This document shows positions 61,376 to 64,000 of a stretch of 64,000 nt of DNA, piece by piece. The stretch is from Dehalococcoidia bacterium (GTDB lineage: Bacteria > Chloroflexota > Dehalococcoidia > Lucifugimonadales > UBA3495). Below the pieces are notes generated by a model, which was not told the origin of the DNA, made no database searches, and was given only the letters and a program-made list of their open reading frames with translations. Every line of letters begins with the position of its first letter. Position 1 is the stretch's first letter. The translations under genes and the position numbers were made by a program. The stretch lies in NCBI GenBank assembly GCA_965219925.1, contig OZ244795.1, forward strand, positions 1,031,395 through 1,095,394. The letters are read 5' to 3'.

Positions 61376-64000
61376 GTGAAAACTAAAATCGGAGCATCCC
61401 TGGTTTTTGTCGGTATCGCCATCCTGGTTGCCGTCGCGGCATACCTCACCCAGCTCGCCCCATCCGCTCCGGGCGATAGCGATCCCGACACCGTCGTCTA
61501 TTCCGGACGGCTGGACAGCTACCTGGCGGTAGCCCCGGCCATTTTGCGCGCCGGTCAGACCGAAAACATCTCCGTCTCCCTGTTTGATGGCGCGGAGCCG
61601 GCTCAGGGCGACGTCCAGCTGGCGCTGATGCAGGATGGCGTCGCCGTGGCCCAAACCACCGAATTTGTCCAGGGCGTCGCTTCGGTTCCTTTGACCGTAC
61701 CCGCATTGCCCGCCGGCGGTTACGACCTCCACATCGTCAGCAGCGGTGACAACGGAACACAGTTTGAGGACACCTCCAGCGTGTCCGTGCAGAACCCGAC
61801 CATACTGTTCCTACAGACCGACAAGCCAATCTATCGCCCCGGTCAACAGATTCACCTGCGCGTCCTCCGGCTGGACCCCGATCTCAAACCCGCGCCGGGT
61901 CCGGTAACCGTCGAGATTCAGGATGCAAAGGGCAACAAGGTGTACCGGCAGGAAACCGATGCCGATGAATTCGGCATGGCCACCGCCGACCTGCCCTTGT
62001 CCACCGAACCCAACCTCGGCGTCTGGACTATCACCGCGTCATCGGGCGAGCAGATCACCCAGCAGGACGTGCGCGTCGAACAATACGTCCTGCCCAAATA
62101 CGAAATCACCCTCGATCTTCCTCGGTCATGGGTGCTGGCCAGCGATCCCGTCGTCGGTACTGTTTCTGCCGAATACAGCTTCGGCAAGCCGGTGCGCGGC
62201 GAGGTCGAAATCATCGCCTACCGATATGTGGGCGTATGGGAACAGTACGCCGTCTTCACCGATGACATTGACGGCTCCGTTTCCTTTGAACTCCCCCCGG
62301 TCCAATACGTGGCCGGCGTCCCCGCCGCTGGCGGTCAGGGCAATCTGCAGCTCGACATCACCGTGCGCGAGCCATCCACCGGCTACCTGGAACGCACCAC
62401 CGAGCTCCTCACCGTCGCTGAAACACCGGTGAACCTACAGTGGATACCGGAAAGCGGAGCGTTCAAACCCGGCCTGCCCTTCTCCCTGCTCATCGTCGCG
62501 GAAACCCCCGATAATCGCCCCGTCGACTCGGACGTGAATGTAACCCTGCAATTTTTCGACCGAAATTTGAACCGCATCACCGAGGAATCCTTCGACGTAA
62601 CTGCATCGGACGGCAAGGCCCTTGTCGAGATAGAGCCGCCCGATGACGCGGTCACCCTCACCATTGCCGCATCATCACCCAATGCCTACGCCGCCATCAC
62701 CCTCCCGGCCAGCTATTCGCCGACCGGCAACTTCATCCATGTGGAGCAAACCGGCGACGCCCGGCTCGATGTCGGCCAGCAGGCCAGCTTCTTCGTTCAC
62801 TCCACCGGCGAAGCCCGAAACTTCTACTACGAGGTCGTGTCCCGCGGTCGCGTGGTCTTTTCCGATGTTTCTCAGTCTCCCGACATATCCATTGCCCTCA
62901 CACCGGACATGTCTCCGTCTTCCCGGCTGCTGGTGTACCAGATTCTCCCCGACAACGAGGTGGCCGCCGATTTCATACCCTTCTCCGTATCAGCCAGCTA
63001 CCCCATGCCCGTCGAGGTCGGTTTCAGCGCCGCCGAAGCCCGCCCCGGCGATCCGGTGGATATTCAGCTGAACACCCAGGGCCCGGCCAAAGTGGGCCTG
63101 GTCGTCGTTGACCGCTCCGTCTTCATCCTCGCCGAAAACCGCCTCAACTTGCAGCAGGTATTCGCGGAACTTGAACGTCTATACCTGCAACCCCGCGTCG
63201 AGGCGCACTACGGCGACTGGCCCGGCGATGCCAAAACCAGGGGTTCATCCGAGGCTTTCACCGAGGCCGGCCTGGTGGTAATGACCGACAAAAATGTTCC
63301 CGATGGCATCGACTACGAGCGCCGGGAAATCTGGTGGATTCGCTGGCTGTTCGGCTCTCTGGTCGGCATGGGCGGCATGTTTGCTGTCGGAAGCATCGGC
63401 GCCGGCGTGATGGAGTTCCGGCGCGGCGGACGCAAAATCAGGTATGCGCTATTCGGACTCGCGCTGCTGCTCGGTGTCGGCCTCATGGTTGGCTGCGGCG
63501 GGTATGCGCTCGAAGATGCTGCACCGCAGTCAACCATGACGGCGGCAAGCGCCGCCCCATCGGCCTCGGCCGCCGCCGCTTCACCCGGTGACGACCTCGC
63601 CGACGTCCAGCGCGTGCGCCAGTACTTCCCCGAAACGTGGCTGTGGACCGACGTTATGACCGACGCATCCGGCCAGGCCACTCTGCCGGTGGAAGCCCCC
63701 GACAGCATCACCACCTGGATACTCCGCGCCGTCGCCATGTCCCCCGAACACGGCCTGGGTGTGGCCGAAACCGAGCTCACGGTGTTCCAGCCCTTCTTCC
63801 TTCAGGTTGACCTGCCCTACTCCGCCATCCGTGGCGAGGAATTTCCCGTCAAGGTCGCCCTCTATAACTACCTGGAAACCCCGCAGGACTTCTTCGTCGA
63901 ACTCGACGAATCGGAAGATTATGAACTGCTGGGTGAACGTAACCAGGTGGTTACCGTCGCGCCCAACCAGGTCGGCGGCATCGAATTCGACATCCGCCTG
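61376..64000 (+). CDS. alpha-2-macroglobulin / complement-C3-like family protein (partial, runs off right edge)
   Basis: GTG start, open for 875 codons to the window end, so absent from the ORF track. N-terminal TM anchor. Family hallmarks TDKPIYRPGQ, VEQYVLPKYE, YFPETWLW, DSITTW, VFQPFF, LPYSAIRGEEF. Confidence 0.8.
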   Translation, partial: MKTKIGASLVFVGIAILVAVAAYLTQLAPSAPGDSDPDTVVYSGRLDSYLAVAPAILRAGQTENISVSLFDGAEPAQGDVQLALMQDGVAVAQTTEFVQGVASVPLTVPALPAGGYDLHIVSSGDNGTQFEDTSSVSVQNPTILFLQTDKPIYRPGQQIHLRVLRLDPDLKPAPGPVTVEIQDAKGNKVYRQETDADEFGMATADLPLSTEPNLGVWTITASSGEQITQQDVRVEQYVLPKYEITLDLPRSWVLASDPVVGTVSAEYSFGKPVRGEVEIIAYRYVGVWEQYAVFTDDIDGSVSFELPPVQYVAGVPAAGGQGNLQLDITVREPSTGYLERTTELLTVAETPVNLQWIPESGAFKPGLPFSLLIVAETPDNRPVDSDVNVTLQFFDRNLNRITEESFDVTASDGKALVEIEPPDDAVTLTIAASSPNAYAAITLPASYSPTGNFIHVEQTGDARLDVGQQASFFVHSTGEARNFYYEVVSRGRVVFSDVSQSPDISIALTPDMSPSSRLLVYQILPDNEVAADFIPFSVSASYPMPVEVGFSAAEARPGDPVDIQLNTQGPAKVGLVVVDRSVFILAENRLNLQQVFAELERLYLQPRVEAHYGDWPGDAKTRGSSEAFTEAGLVVMTDKNVPDGIDYERREIWWIRWLFGSLVGMGGMFAVGSIGAGVMEFRRGGRKIRYALFGLALLLGVGLMVGCGGYALEDAAPQSTMTAASAAPSASAAAASPGDDLADVQRVRQYFPETWLWTDVMTDASGQATLPVEAPDSITTWILRAVAMSPEHGLGVAETELTVFQPFFLQVDLPYSAIRGEEFPVKVALYNYLETPQDFFVELDESEDYELLGERNQVVTVAPNQVGGIEFDIRL

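Overview
High-G+C bacterial chromosome segment. Gene content and the small intergenic repeat families look Chloroflexota-like, but I cannot verify this without a database. There are three parts. (1) 1-25.7 kb is ordinary metabolic and transport genes: tandem amidohydrolase paralogs, a SIS-domain protein, a CMD-family protein, a CoxE-like VWA protein and a MoxR/CoxD-like ATPase, two MFS transporters, an FAD oxidoreductase, an acyl-CoA dehydrogenase, a sulfite-oxidase-like molybdoenzyme, and IscA plus a YgfZ-like protein. This stretch is interrupted by AT-richer insertions: an orphan ORC/Cdc6-like ATPase, an intact ISAs1-family IS with 18-bp inverted repeats and a 10-bp target duplication, an EcoRV-type R-M cassette, and a two-gene cassette of unknown function next to a tRNA. 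(2) 25.8-58.4 kb is a ~32.6-kb siphovirus-like prophage integrated into the 3' half of tRNA-Val(GAC) and bounded by a 46-bp direct repeat. Its plus-strand early block carries two tyrosine recombinases, a ParB-like protein, an MTase-wHTH fusion and many small Cys-rich genes. Its minus-strand late block carries an HK97-type capsid, a prohead protease, a tape measure, TerL, HNH and portal, in a non-canonical order. (3) 58.4-64 kb holds a DUF35/thiolase-like pair, a HAD hydrolase and a large alpha-2-macroglobulin-family gene running off the right edge. I cannot name a complete new system with certainty. The strongest candidates for novelty are all read directly from the sequence. First, an iteron plus AT-rich dyad, origin-like, embedded in the MTase-wHTH gene. 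Second, a 20-bp inverted-repeat-flanked AT-rich mini-cassette encoding a 51-aa highly acidic protein. Third, a small zinc-ribbon ORF fused to a copy of a capsid-gene segment, preceded by two GNRA-hairpin repeats. Fourth, a duplicated S78 protease with an inserted XRE HTH. Fifth, the uncharacterised two-gene cassette at the tRNA hotspot. Many long ORFs in the supplied track are antisense shadows typical of high-GC DNA and were not called.
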